A DNA stretch of 63,998 nucleotides, filler included, from Sphacelaria rigidula (lineage: Eukaryota), in NCBI GenBank assembly GCA_964200075.2. It is 3 parts of 3 records of this genome, joined end to end, with 100 filler letters (N's around TTAATTAATTAA, not from the genome) between each part and the next. Parts side by side here need not be neighbours in the genome. Positions count along the whole stretch, not along the records: positions 21,586 to 43,065 come from CAXNAA020000416.1; positions 43,166 to 63,998 come from CAXNAA020000489.1; 1 more part is not named here. One strand, 5' to 3'. The stretch's first letter is position 1; each line of letters starts with the position of its first letter. Both the position numbers and the translations under genes were made by a program. Of this stretch, positions 38,677-52,200 are shown in pieces. The notes under the pieces were generated by a model. It did no database searches, was not told where the DNA came from, and saw only the letters and a list, made by a program, of their open reading frames with translations.

Positions 38677-39549
38677 GACCTTTTATACGTGAAACCGGTC
38701 GGGGTATGCCGTTTATCTTGTTTTGGGACTGCAATGGTCCATGTGTTGGTCTCACGGACACGACGTGCGATAGTTCTTGCCGAGTTTGCCCTCTTCTGGA
38801 ACTTGAACATTTAACATCCAACTTCCCTTGCTCAACAGTGCTGGAGCCCCTCTCATCGAGGAGAGAGGGAACCATTTGAACTCTCACCAGCCTCGCAGCA
38901 CGTAAAAGGTGCTGCCTGTAGGGACCCAACGTTTCCGACATAGCCGGGGGTTTTATTTTTGTTGCACCAATCTGCGGCTTTTTTTCTTGCACGTTGAGCC
39001 CTAGCAAACGTGCTGAGTCTGACCGCCTCTCGCCGGTATCCTCGACAGGGCTGCCTTACCAACACATGTTTGAATAAAGTTCAGTCGCTGTTAAAATAGC
39101 AATCTCGGTCCAAAGCCACAAATCGACCATTCGCAAATTACTTCGAGGTTAAACCGACTACAGCAATGGTTGTCCCATGAAAACCCATATTCTGTCAACA
39201 ACCATTGCCGGGTGCAGGTGCGCATATCGTGTCGTTTTGTCCCAAGGGCAGCCGCTTCCGCGCGCCCATTTTGGAGCGCGTGCAGATGATCCCCACTTGT
39301 ATCTGTCAGAGGTGTTTCCATCGGTAGGGTTCCATGCAGAATGTTTCGTGCTAGCCGGTTTGTGGCCCACGTCATACATTCCATACTCATCACCGGGTGT
39401 CTTGCCAGCAGCCCAACGCGATAACATGACGATCACCCCTCAAAAGTCGAAAAATCGTAGCTGCATGCGGTATTGCCATGGCTTGCGCAATATTCGGGCT
39501 GTGCATTACCCAATCTTCATAAAAATCGGTAGCAGTGCTGACTACCGGG

Positions 39550-41050
39550 AGGTGCCCACTTTCCAAATTTGGAAATGTAACCGAACCACGCCGGGAAGTA
39601 AGGGGAATAATGAGCTCAGTGCTGACAGATGAACTCGTTTCAGTAGCAGCGTGCTGACGCCTCGCGAAAAAATTGGAGATGGCCCGCAGACGTGGCACAC
39701 ATGCCCACCGCGATCAACAAGGGACGCCATCCTCGTGCGCTCACTGGAGCCTTTCCAGACGCCGCTCGTGCAAGTCCATGACAGGCGGAAGTGCCTCACG
39801 TACGGCTCCTAATCCTCGTCCGCATCATAGCGTCAACATGACCCGCTGTCGCAGCGCTTCTGCATGTGCCGGTTTCATTCGAAGACTGACGCAAGCCGTT
39901 GCCTACATCAACACGTGTAGATTTCCCTGCCAGAGCATGTTTGTCACCACGTGTGGTCATCCCAAGGATATGACCGTCGCCCACGAAAGGATGCGTAAAT
40001 GCCGGCCGAGGGCAGCCATCGCGTGCGTGTTACGTCACATGAACTGGGTTGCCGGACAGCCTCCCAGATTGCAGACATGGACGGCCGCAATGAGGCTATT
40101 CCGTGCTGGCCAGGAACAGGACCTTCACTTCACAACACTTCACGACGTGAGGGTGTTCAAGCTTGAACACATGGAGGATCATGCCCGGGACAACTGAATG
40201 TTTGCAAAAGCAGGGCAGTCGTTCGAAGCAGTCCACTGTAGCAACTGAAGGTGCTCCTTCTCTGCAGCATTCGGACAGATGTATGCCCACCGGCAGCTAT
40301 GCGCCCTGGACCATTGCAGCATGTCTACATGACCCACAGTCGCATCGCTCCTGGAATCTGGGAATATTTTGAGGACAAGCTATCGGGTCCGGCCGACTCA
40401 GACACCACCAGATTTCCTCGTTTCACGGCACCATGACGGATCCCCAGCGCAGTTGCTAGGTCCGTTCCACCTCCAATACTTCTAGGTGTTCACCGACAGG
40501 AACTTTTGCTCAAGTCCGAGACTTCCGAGGGCATCCTTCCCGGTCCAATCGCTGTAGGACGCCAAGATGTCCGCCTAGCGAAGAGAACCTGCGATGGCAA
40601 CTACAGTCAACGTTTTCCGCCCACGTGGGCTCACTTAATAACACCCAGCTCTCTTGACTCTTCGACCGCCAGAGTGGGCAACAGATCGTCTTCACTTGAA
40701 AAAGAGTGATGCAACCCACATGACCCACCAAAGGGTTATCCTTCAAGCTCAACACGTCAGTCTTGTCCCAGAGAGGCTCTTCTCCTTGCAGCCCAGACTC
40801 AGCACGTCTCCGAGAATTCCGAAGTTGCCGTATTCCCCAATAATCACGCCGAGAGGTGCTAGCTTCTGGTCCCCACACTCGAGGCTGTACACCGCTTGAG
40901 AAATTGAGATCTCGACGGTGACAGGCAGTCGAAAGGCGCCCGTGCCACACCAGTTATCATATGTTGCAAACGCCATCGTGGTGTGGGCAATGTTTGCTTA
41001 TGACGTCTGTAACGGCTCTTGGAGTATCGCCCATTGATGGTGGTGAGTCC
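39550..41050 (-). pseudogene. Decayed hAT transposase
   Basis: Fragments in hAT order: AFATYDNWCGT..LPVT (TxDxW-like), WRWNG (RWNS-like) at ~40470, and C-terminal dimerisation-like PRLRAISNFFARRQHAATETSSS...LTSRRGS. Many frameshifts. Confidence 0.55.
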
Positions 41051-41689
41051 TCCATTTTGCTCCTCCACACCTTCTTGGTCTCGGTTTCCCACAATATCTG
41101 ACACCGGAGTCGACAGCGCAATTGCAGCAATTGTTGGGACACACTCAGGTGAGACTCGAGGCAACGAGGGACAGTAACCGCGTTTCTACACGATGGAAAG
41201 AAGGGCCGGGTTTTTTTTTCCGATTTCCTGTTCTTGTCAAGTTCACGTTCCTGTTTTTTTTAAAAGCTCCCGCTATTTTTCTTCCAGTCATGCAGGTTAC
41301 CGTTTTCCTTTATGAAGGTGCGTTGCCCAAAAATCAGCGCTGCCGCTCGTTTCCCGCAATCTGCCAATTTCACAGCCCCGAAAGTGCACAATCATGATTG
41401 CAGTACGCTATAAATGTGATGTTGGCCATTTTGAGGGTGATGGTGATGATCTCGGGCGCTTGTTATGCAGATATGGCACACTGAGATAGTGTGTGAACTA
41501 AAACCATCAAGCTCTTCAGTGCCTCCAGACAGGTGAAAATGGCTGATCTTCACTCACTTTCCAAACAGCGGGGGGGAAACATCGACTATCGACAACGTTC
41601 AGTGAAAATGATGACATTCCAACATATGGAAACACACTGGGCAAAAACAGATTCAAGGGCAAGTCGAGTAGAGCATGTAATTTTGAGAA

Positions 41690-42720
41690 CTCGAGTAAAT
41701 ACCCGGGTATCCACTCAAATTTTGAGTAGGTCGAGTACGGCTTCCAATACTCTACTCAATTTTTGGCGAGATTGAGTAGGGCCTCAAATACTCTACTCAA
41801 ATTTTGAGTAAGCACTCTTAGTAGTACTCGAGTATAGATCTTCACTTGGTTATGGCCTCCAATACTCTACTCAAATATTGAGTAAGCACTCTCAGTAATG
41901 CTTGAGTATAGAGTATCACTTGGGTATGACCTCGATACTCTACTCAAATTTTGATTAGGTCGAGTACGGCCTCAAGTACTCTACTCAAATTATGAGTACG
42001 TCGAGTATGGCCTCCACTAGTCTACTCAATAGTGATTAAGCACGAAAAAACAGAACTTAAGAATTTGCCCCCAAGAACCCGTGCTGAGATTGAACGTGAT
42101 GTTAAGAACAAGAACACACACTTGAGGTGTACAACTGATGCAACAGATAACAAGAGTAACGTGGCGGCTGCGAAATAAGAACATTCGCAGGGGCAGGGGG
42201 CGAGGGATGGGCGATCCCAGCATTGGATTTGGGAGGGCGCTGGGGTTTGCTTGAGAGCGTTAGTAGAGCGGGAAGGGTACGAACCCCCAACGTCACCCTT
42301 GTGGACCAAGAACGTTGACAGCAGTTCCTCCATTCCTTGGTGTATTGTTGCACCAAACAAAAACAGCAGTGTTCCTCATGTTAAACACTCCGCCGAGTGC
42401 AGTTGAGAGCCACGAAAGTACGTCGTCATATGATACGCAAACCACTAATAGAGCAATCGGTGTTGAAATAAGAACAAGAACCTCATTTCTGCAGGAAAAC
42501 TGGACGACGAAATAAAAACCTGGCAAATAAGAACTGGTGCTAGGGTTGGGGCAGCCAACAAGAACTGAGCCTCGCTCAAAATAGGAGGTTCTTAAGTGCG
42601 GGCCGGCACTGTACCCTACTCAAATTTGAGTCGATCGAGTACGATCTCCAATACTTTACTCAAATATTGAGTAAGCACTCTCAGTAATACTTGGGTGTAG
42701 AGTCATCACTTGAATATGAT
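41690..42720. repeat. Array of ~9 palindromic TACTCAAATTTTGAGTA cores, interrupted by a ~580-bp AAGAAC-rich insert (42030-42611)
   Basis: The core recurs with two reused spacer types (~41-bp and ~73-bp periods). The array resumes after 42611. Confidence 0.85.
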
Positions 42721-43258
42721 AGATAACCATGACCGTCGGCAACTTCGTGACGTCACTTCACAGACTAGAGTAAACGTCTCTATTACGGAACAGTACCAAT
42801 TAAGGTATATATATATATATTTTCTAATCGTCCATTACTCCCATTTTGTTTTTTGCTGCGTGTGCACAAGAGCAGGACGCTTCTTGTAAGCTACTGCACG
42901 TGCCTTTTGCACAAGAAAACACCATCGCACAGCACTGCGAATAAGGGCGTGTGTGTCTTTTTTCAAAATCAGCTTTTCGATCGATCGGCTGCTAAGCATG
43001 CAGAGAGTACGGGTGGACCCAGAACGTGCAGCAGAGGCCGTAGAAGCGGTACGCAGCGGTCGCATNNNNNNNNNNNNNNNNNNNNNNNNNNNNNNNNNNN
43101 NNNNNNNNNTTAATTAATTAANNNNNNNNNNNNNNNNNNNNNNNNNNNNNNNNNNNNNNNNNNNNGGGGGGGGGGGCGGGGGGGGGGTGGGCGTGGGGGG
43201 TCATCCGCTGTGACAGGTATATGGTACCGCATTCTTATTTGTCAACATTGCGGCGCGC

Positions 43259-46200
43259 CTCGTAGTGCTCGTAGCCCGCGCTGCGCAGGACCCTGCTCGC
43301 CGTGCGGTACATGTCCGCGCACGTCTCATCCTGAGGAAGCGGCGAGACTCCGGCCGTGTACCAATTTCCGAATGCTGTTGCGGCCTCCACCTGCACGAAA
43401 AACATCACCCCGACCAACAACAATGAAAGTCTAATTTGTCACGTCCGGGAGCCTGCGGCCTGCGAACGCAAGCACCGCACAGGTGGGCAGTGGATGCTCA
43501 ATGTGCAACGCGTCAACATAAATTCTGCACAGAAGCACTGGGTGGATGTTTGGGGTAGGGACGAGGGTGGCCGGATGTCTCTCCCCCCACTTCTGCAGAT
43601 CGCGATGTTTCTCGTCAAAAACGCTGTGATGGCCGTGAGGTATGCCGGCAAGATTCCCTCAATTCTTCGATGGATCTACCGAATACCAAACGCTGCAATT
43701 TGGAGATGCAAATTTCCGTGGGTCTTACGTGAGTCGCCCTAAAACTTCAGTATCTCAGAAAGTAAGAAAGGGTTTTTCATCAGCCGCCTCACGCCAGTGG
43801 GTGAATAATCAAAGTATCCATGGCGAGTCCGGCCGTATTTCTCAGAAAAACCCTCCGCCAAAACCATGGTATTTTGAAGTGTACAAGGGGGCGGGGGCGG
43901 GGGCGGGGGTACTGGTTGCCGAAGGAGGTGAAATTGAACACAATCTGGGATTCACCTGGCCGAATATCAGAATAAAGAGTGAAGACGCGTAGATTGACGA
44001 ACACCTACGTGTCTCGTGCTGTTACGCATAGATCAAAAAATATCTGAAGGGCGCCCAAAGACACGCGACGCTGCCATAGCTACTGCCTTCCTCACGAAGA
44101 GGCCTTGAATAGTGACTCTGGTCAGACATGGGTGACGCGCTCAAGTCATCGGAAGGGCCAAGATCAACTCTTGCATACTGGGGAATATTTCTTCGTTCTT
44201 CCCACCTGCAGGTCGTAGACACTGATGTGCGCAGCACCAGTCGCCACTGCCTCGTGAAGCGTATGTTCCCATTGAGCAATCGTCTGACTCGGCAGCCCGC
44301 TGTGATCAAGGAAATATTGATGAAAAAGTACACCGTTGGGACAAATCACAGATCATTCGGGTTGACTCCCCATGAAGTGAAAGGATTCAACCATATGCCG
44401 ACAGTTCGTTTTGCATCAACCCCACGGTGGATAACATATGCAGTGCAGTCATCTCAACCGCATTACAGATGGGAGAGAAGTACGCCCGATTCAAGGTCCA
44501 TGTAATGAGAGGGTTTAACCACGTACCGACTCTTCGTCTTCGCACAAATCACAAATCTTCTACACGTACCTGCCATTCACGCCTCATGAAATCAAGACTG
44601 GGATTTTGTACGACAGATAAATTTCCACATTTTGTACAGGGCGTGAATATGTGCTCATGATTTACCCCGTATGGATGGTAGGTAGGAAACAGGTATTTTT
44701 CATGGTGTAATGCATCAGTCACCACCACAAAACCCTACCGTCCATGACATGATGCGACGCCTGTTACTTGAAAAGGATGCACTTCCCTGGGGTGATTGTC
44801 GTCCTACAGTATATACACGGCAGACGAACCGGGTAGCATCTGCAGAAACATGCCCCGTGTGAACACATGAAATAGTTATGGCATACGCTGAACGAGGAGG
44901 GACACTCACAAACACGCAACACACCCTCTCTTGGTGATCATGTAGCAAAAAAACAAACAACGCACACACCTCATGAGGTCAATGCTGAAATTCTTCACGC
45001 CAGCCTTGCGTATCACCCCCACAGCGTCGTACACGTCTTGCAGAGAGTGAGCTCTTCCGCACGATTGCAGCAAGTCTGTGTCGAAGGACTGCACGCCCAT
45101 GCTTACGCGATTCACCCCGAGCGCCAGAAACTCAACAAGTTTCTCCTACGCGAAATAGTTTGCATGCACCAGAGTGCACACAGAGTGTTGCAGACGTTGT
45201 GCACGCATGGAAGGAAATGGTGGTCATGCATCTTGCTTCCCTAGTAAAACGTACATGTCGGCTCACAAGCATGTACCCCCGTCGACGAGGACTTTTACAA
45301 TATGTTTCTGCGCGCAACACTTCCTAACGTGGCTCCGAAGTTTCCCTGTGGAGGCTGTACCGCTACTGTCAGCGTCAGTTTATTGTGGCACTCGTTCACC
45401 CAGGACTCTAGCAACCCGAACACAGCAAAAGCGCCCTCCACTTGTTTTCAAGGTCATGCGGCGAAGCAGACATTTATTCTCGCAACACTACCGGGAGGTT
45501 ACAAGTCGCCGATGGAGCGGGTGCGGATGTACAACCTAGCTACAATATGATCAATGTTGAAGGCGTGATCACCTCTAGATAGACGTCATTTTCCGCGTGG
45601 GAAGTGAACGTCTTGCCTGAATCCACGATGGTGATGTACGGGCCAAAGAGAAAGACATTTTCAACATGATTTTATCTTTCCACCAGCATTTCTCCAATGT
45701 GTGGTGTTGTGTGGTCATCCCATCTTTTCTGGACGCCAGTATACACCTTCCGGTATACGCGGGGCGCATCAACCGACGTCACACGGAAGTAAAGTCAACA
45801 CAGGAGTTGTTTCGTTGTATGTTTCACTCCTCAACCTTTCTTTCAAGGTACTTACCTTATTTTTTTATCGAGAGGGAGGACCCGACGGTCGTTTTCCCTC
45901 GTTGATCGTGGAGTCGAAGTTAGTGCACCCACGACATAGTCGCTCTGTACTGTTGGACACTGTGAGAAAAATCCCAGATCGGGTGACTCCACCGGGATTC
46001 GGACCCATGTCCCAACCGTCGGAGGGTTTCAACGTTACCAACTGCGTCAACGGGACTTTGATGAATGTCAGAAAACGCGCGACACTCAGAGAAAGGACAG
46101 CTGACGCACCTCAACACCCAACCATGTCATCGAGTGTCCTGGAGCCAGTGGCAAGCTCAAGGGAACTGTTCGCAGTATGCTGTTTGGTGCCCACGGCGGT

Positions 46201-49200
46201 AATACAATGATGCGTCAGACACGTGCTAGAAGTAACCGTATATCTCAACTTTTGTCCGTACAATTGGAAACACCTTGCGCGCGTTTCACCATCATGATGA
46301 CCCAGATCTACATCTGCTCATACGGCAGCGTATGGTCAACCCACCAACTCCCCAGTCTCACATCACGCTGCACGATACGGAAAATGCTAGTGTGCCAGCG
46401 GAAGGTAGTAGTAGTGTAGAACTACAAACTCTCATGGAAGTGACCGAGTGTTTCTTGCTTTTTTGCCCAATCATCTCCGTGGGCTGTGGTGCACCCGAGG
46501 TGGCTCATTTGTTAAATCGGCATCACGGTCACTTGAGAAATAAGCTATAGACCCAGATGATCCATTTCGGCCATCAACGGGTTACGTTGCTTCAGTCATC
46601 GTGAAGAGCCACTTTTCACGTTACTCGCCAGCGTAGATGACCCTAAACCCTGGTGCTGTATGGATGATGCTGATGTGCCAGCGGGAGATGCCTTGTACGA
46701 CTACCAGATTTCGAATCGCAGAGTGTACGGAAGGGGGGGTGTGGCTTTTCCCCCCAAACGTTCATGTCGACTGCGGCTTCTTCTCTCAAATCTCTCATTA
46801 GTACTGATTGAGAACCCTTCAGTGTTTTCCCACATATAAATTTTTGTTCGAACCCCGAGTCATGTCACCGTACAGATCAGCATCGCACATTGCATATTTA
46901 TACTGCCGTAAAGCAAAAGGCGGTACATTTTCAAGTACGGAGTACAGTCATCTGTAGGCGAGTCTGAAGGAAGGCTCGCATTTAGCGGCAGTGGTGCGGT
47001 CCGTGAAGTGCTTTCATCTCAGAACACGTGCAGCTATGCTCATCTATATGCCCACTTTTGCGCCATGCTGAGCACCCCGCGTACAGCTGTGCACAAGCGC
47101 TCAAATAGAAGCTGGCTCAGGGTCCGTCGGCGTCTGTACCTTTCTCTGTCAGGTGGTTGTATCGAATGACTACGATCGCTGATGGGAGACGAGTTCGATT
47201 GTGCATAAATGTATCCATGACGGCGACCCTTGAATCGCATGGTATCAGTCATGATGGCGGGATCGCTTACCGTCCAAGAGCTGCCTGTACAATACCTCAT
47301 CAAACGTGCCTGGATCCATTTCCATCGAAATCTCTGCCCCCGGCGCGATCCCGAAGCAGTCCTCCACCGTGTCGATCAAAACCTTAACCAGCTCGGGCGG
47401 ACAGAGCGAAGGTGTGCCTCCACCGAAGAATAGTGTATCCACTCCGTGTACGCCAGTGTTTCCTGCATCCCGCCCTTTTCCATTTCGTGTGCAGTCATCC
47501 GGACGCATTCCGTTAATTTTGAATCTTTGAGCATCGAGGACACCGTCGGACTCCGCTGGAGTGCTGAGTGAAGTTCCTTTTGCTCCTGTTGCGGGCTTCG
47601 AAGTGGCGGCTGTGATCAAGTTTTGCTCATTGCGTTGTTGTTGAGTGTGTATTTTGGGGTCGTCGAGGGCAATGTTTTCCCACTCAGCGGCCGTCGTTCG
47701 TATTTCCTGCACCAGTGCGTCCACGTAGGGCTTGGCGGCTGTGGCGGCCGCTCCGGGACGATCACCCACGACCTGCACGTGTGCAGGTGACGGTCATGGC
47801 GGTGAAAACTAAACCCACGGCAATTCGAAGGTACATACTTGGGGATCTTCGTAACAAGAACATATTCGTTGTGTGCAAGTCGCAGGAAACGCCCACATTG
47901 ATGGCTTTGAGTAGTCACGGATGTCCCTTTTGGCAGCACACCAAGGAAGATACAGGTAAGACTTTCAGAAACAACGCATACGACCCGTTGGTACCACTAG
48001 ACGGCACTCATACTTAGGTTTGCGCGATGTTCCTAGGATGGCCGCAGGGCACTTCAAGGCTTTCGTATTGATACGGTAGACGAAATGTGGTGAGAGAATG
48101 TGTGTGCTCGAATGCTTGCACGAAATGCGAAAAAACGGGATTGTGATCGAACTTTTCACAGCTGTTCCACAGCTATCGTGAACCAAAGTGTGTATGAAAA
48201 ATCATCATATCTACGCTGCCGCCATCAATGACCTCAGGTCCGGCAAGATGAGGCGCGTTCTTATCGAAGGAAATTATCCTCTTTTTGCAAATATCTTTAT
48301 AAACTACTACTGGCTGGTCACTGAGACCTCTCGCCTCTCACCTCCCCGAGAAACGCGCCAATACATCCCCCCTCCCAAAAAAGGGTTGCAGAAAGTGCCA
48401 GAAAACAGCCTTGAAATCTCCTTTTCAAAAGGGGTAAACAAAGGATTTCCGAACACCTCGAATGGGAACATCCATGTCCCGTTGAGAGGAGCACATGCGA
48501 AGGGAACAACAATCGTGGGTGAACAGGAACATCGTGCCCCCGCAGACCCAAAATACATAGCTCGAGCCGAAGCTGCTCATCACCTGAAGACGCTGTGCGT
48601 GACCTTGCATACATTTGTTCAGGCTCGATGACAAGTGATTCGTGTCAGACGCGTGCACGGCACACGCACAAAAGGGGTCTGCAACGGCACATTTCCCGTT
48701 GTTTTTGTCACACTCGCGGCCGGTTTTCGCTCAATACAGAACGGATACCCGTCGAATCATGCCGTGTGTAGATCAGAAAGGGCTAGGCCGGCCCAGCGCG
48801 TATGCATGTTGTATGTACAGTACCGTGGCAACAATAGCTCCTGCAGCACTCCGTGTATCCTTTTCATGACCGTAGGACCAGGGAGAAACAGTACAAAACA
48901 GAGCTTTTTCGAAGGCAGCGTTACTACTAAAACATAGCACGGTCACCCCTGCTGGTTGTATTAACCGCTTTCCTCATTTCATACACGTCTTGCCCGCCAC
49001 TGATTGTAAACTCTGCAGTATTCTGTGTACTGAGACGGTTGCTACCGCACTTCTGACTGCCACGTTAGTTTGTTGCGTGCGGTATGGAACAAACCGTACG
49101 GTTACACACCGCACCGGTTGCGAAACTACTACACTACCACGCCGCGGTCGGCTGAAGGGTTGATACGGCTGTCATTTAGATCTATTTTGTATCAGTAGTT

Positions 49201-52200
49201 ACTGCGCGTGCGTGCGTGTATGTTGCCGGCCATCTATCCCGTACCTAGAGATGACGAGTTAGTTTACCTCAGGTGGCACACGCACAAGATGCAAATGATG
49301 ACCACCACCACCGTCCACACGCAGGTTAAAAGATGGCCTCAGGGGTAGAAATCTCGAGGATTTTTTCAAAGACTCAGGTGGGGTTTCGAAAACCATCTTT
49401 CCTGAAAAAAATAAGTGAGAAAAGTCTTCAGCCCGAGCTTTTCTTCAGTCTAAAAGAAGCGGCCTAAGAGCCCGCGTTAGGGGTGTGACTTGGGTAGAAC
49501 AAAACAGGGCAAAACTCCAAAAAGTGTCATGGTCCGTGACGGAAAAACTGAGCAAGCCAGTCACATACGAAGGGTCAGTCCAGTCGGTTCGAAGAAAGCC
49601 CCAGCAGTCCTTCCGCGCACATGACCGAAATACCTGGTTCCCTTGCTTACGGCGGTACTGTCTAAACACCGTACGTTTTTCAAGTTGAATTATGCCGAGG
49701 AAACAGATGGCCCACCATGGTGATAACAATGAGGACAGGAGAATCCCAATGAAAACGCACAGTACAGTACAGAGCAGTACAGTGCAATACACTCAGACAT
49801 GCCAACCGGGACCCAAAAATAAATGGGCTGTTCGAGAACATCATGCCGACCGGAGACAAACGCATTGATTTTTGCATTTTTTCCTTACGATCCTCCGCTC
49901 GGGTACTCTTGGTTTCTCAATCAACCCTTTTCACGGGAAAGTCGCGCTTTCAGGCGACGCCTTCCCTGTTGACACACTACAAACTCCTGCACACCGTCCA
50001 CACCGATCCTACAGCAGTGACGTCCTAGTACTTTGAACGCATACACTCTAATGCTGAAAAAACAAAATTCCGGGTTACTGTGCCTGCCGACCGCGGGATG
50101 TTTCCTGAAATGGCAAATGCTGTATGGTGCATGAGGGTTTGGAGCGCCCACCGCAACAATCAGCGCTCGAATCGCACACGTAACGGTGGAGAACCGCGCG
50201 GGCAGAATCTCTCCTCCGATGGAGTGTCCCCGGCAACGCGCCGTGCCCAATAAATACTAGTTAACATAAGCACACCAGAAGGGACTCGGGGGAAGCCTTG
50301 GAGGAGATATCTGAGTCGGAGTACCTTTGTTCGGGCGCATACGCATGAACAATTGTGATGCACTCTGACATATTCTGTTGATAAAAGCGCTGTCGCTTGA
50401 GTACACAGCCGCATCGGGAACCCAAGGTGAAGAACATGGCGTGTACTGGAACGGAAGACATTGTGGTGTCTGAATTTTGCTCTCCTCTCGTGTATGTTGT
50501 GTTGATTATATCGGTAACGCTATGTTCCCCGTACCCCGTCTAGCTCTACAGCCTTCGTCCGCCGCGACTTGAGTTTGTTCCTCGGAAAAAGGCGACCATC
50601 TCCAGATATTTCTACTTAAAATATGAACGCAAGACACAGATGGTCGGTTTTGGCGATCAGGAGTCACTTGTAGAGCTGGCGAGAGGAAAAGGCGACGTTC
50701 TCCAAACGAATCATCTGATACTTAGCGATACCCGTAGACGAAGGGAGAGAATGCAAGAATGCAGCGGGGGGCATAGAGAAGAGAACACTGGACTGTACTA
50801 CGTTGTAGTGTGCTGTGCGGTGTGCTTCAGCTTTGACCGTCTGTACAGACTACAGTCACCCTCAGGTTGGGTCATGCGTGCTTCATGAACGTAATACTGA
50901 ACTTAAAAAATGAGTGCAAGACCCACATGCCCCACGGTGTGTTGTGGCAGCCCAGGGATGCACTTTTCAACTGAGACAGGAAGAGGTGACGCTCACGAAG
51001 GGTCTGGCGAAGTCTAGTATTTGGTGATATCCATGGACAAAGGGGGCGAAACGCAGCGGCGGGCAGAGATGTGACAGCACCGGACTGCTCTGTAAAGAAT
51101 AGTCAGGTCGGGTAGGGTATGTACTTTTGAATGTCTTGTGTTGTGTGTTGTCCCTTCCATTCTGGACCCCGGTCTACACCTTTCGGTATATGTGGGCACA
51201 TCAGCCGGGGTCACACAGGAGGCGGGTCTACACAGGAGCTTCTTTCTTTACTATTTGTTCTTCGTACCTCACCTTCCTTCTGCATGGTTTGCCTTTCTTC
51301 TCTTATCGCGAGAGATTCAGCAGTCCCTTTTCCTCGTCGACCGTCAAGTGGAACTTTGTGTAACCACGACATAGTCGCTCTCCACTGTGTGGGCATGGTG
51401 TGGGAAAAAATCTCAGATCGCTCCGAGTATATTGAACCCACGATCCAACCGTTAGAGGGATTCGAAGTTATCAACTGAGCCACCGAGGCCACCATTTTAA
51501 ATACTCGGGGTAAAAGCCCCGGGTTTTTACTTTACGCAAGGAGGATGAGCCGCCGGCAAACCAGAAAGCCCCCTACCGCCGGCAAGTTTACTCGTGGATC
51601 GTCGATGGGTTCGATGTGAGACAGGCGGGCGATTATCGAGATTTCGAGGGTGGCTGCTGTGGTGGTACGAGTATCACTGTCGTACGCAGCATGCCGGATC
51701 GACGAGTCATCGCAAGTAAGCGTGGAAAGGACGGCGTAGCAGTCTTGAACATCACGCTAGGATGAATTGGTGTTGGCGACGAGATGACCCTAGGGAAGAG
51801 AGGGCGAGCAGAGGGCGATATGGTATATCCTCACAATGTCCATCTTACTATTACATAATTCAAACCCACTTGTACCCCACCTTCGAAAGCGCAGTGCATG
51901 GCGTCCGTGACTCCTGAAGGTGAATGGGCGAGGTTTCGACTCATGTCGGGGAAACGCCTGTAGGATTTTCTGACTTCTTGGAACACAAATCAGTCTTCAA
52001 TACAGGTTTTTCAGGACGAGGGGACGGCGATAACCACGGGACGCCAAAATATTGAATGTCGGACGCAGATACGCGCACGGACCGGAACGAAGTGGGTTAG
52101 TCCGGAGAAAAATCCACCAGCTCTCACATCATATTTTCATGGTGGTCACCAATCTTGCATTTTACTCCAATCGGGAAAAAGAAACGGGGAACGCATTTCA

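Noticed and set aside
41690..42030. CRISPR-like palindromic repeats with spacers
   Set aside because: Spacers are reused rather than unique, there are no cas genes, and the context is eukaryotic
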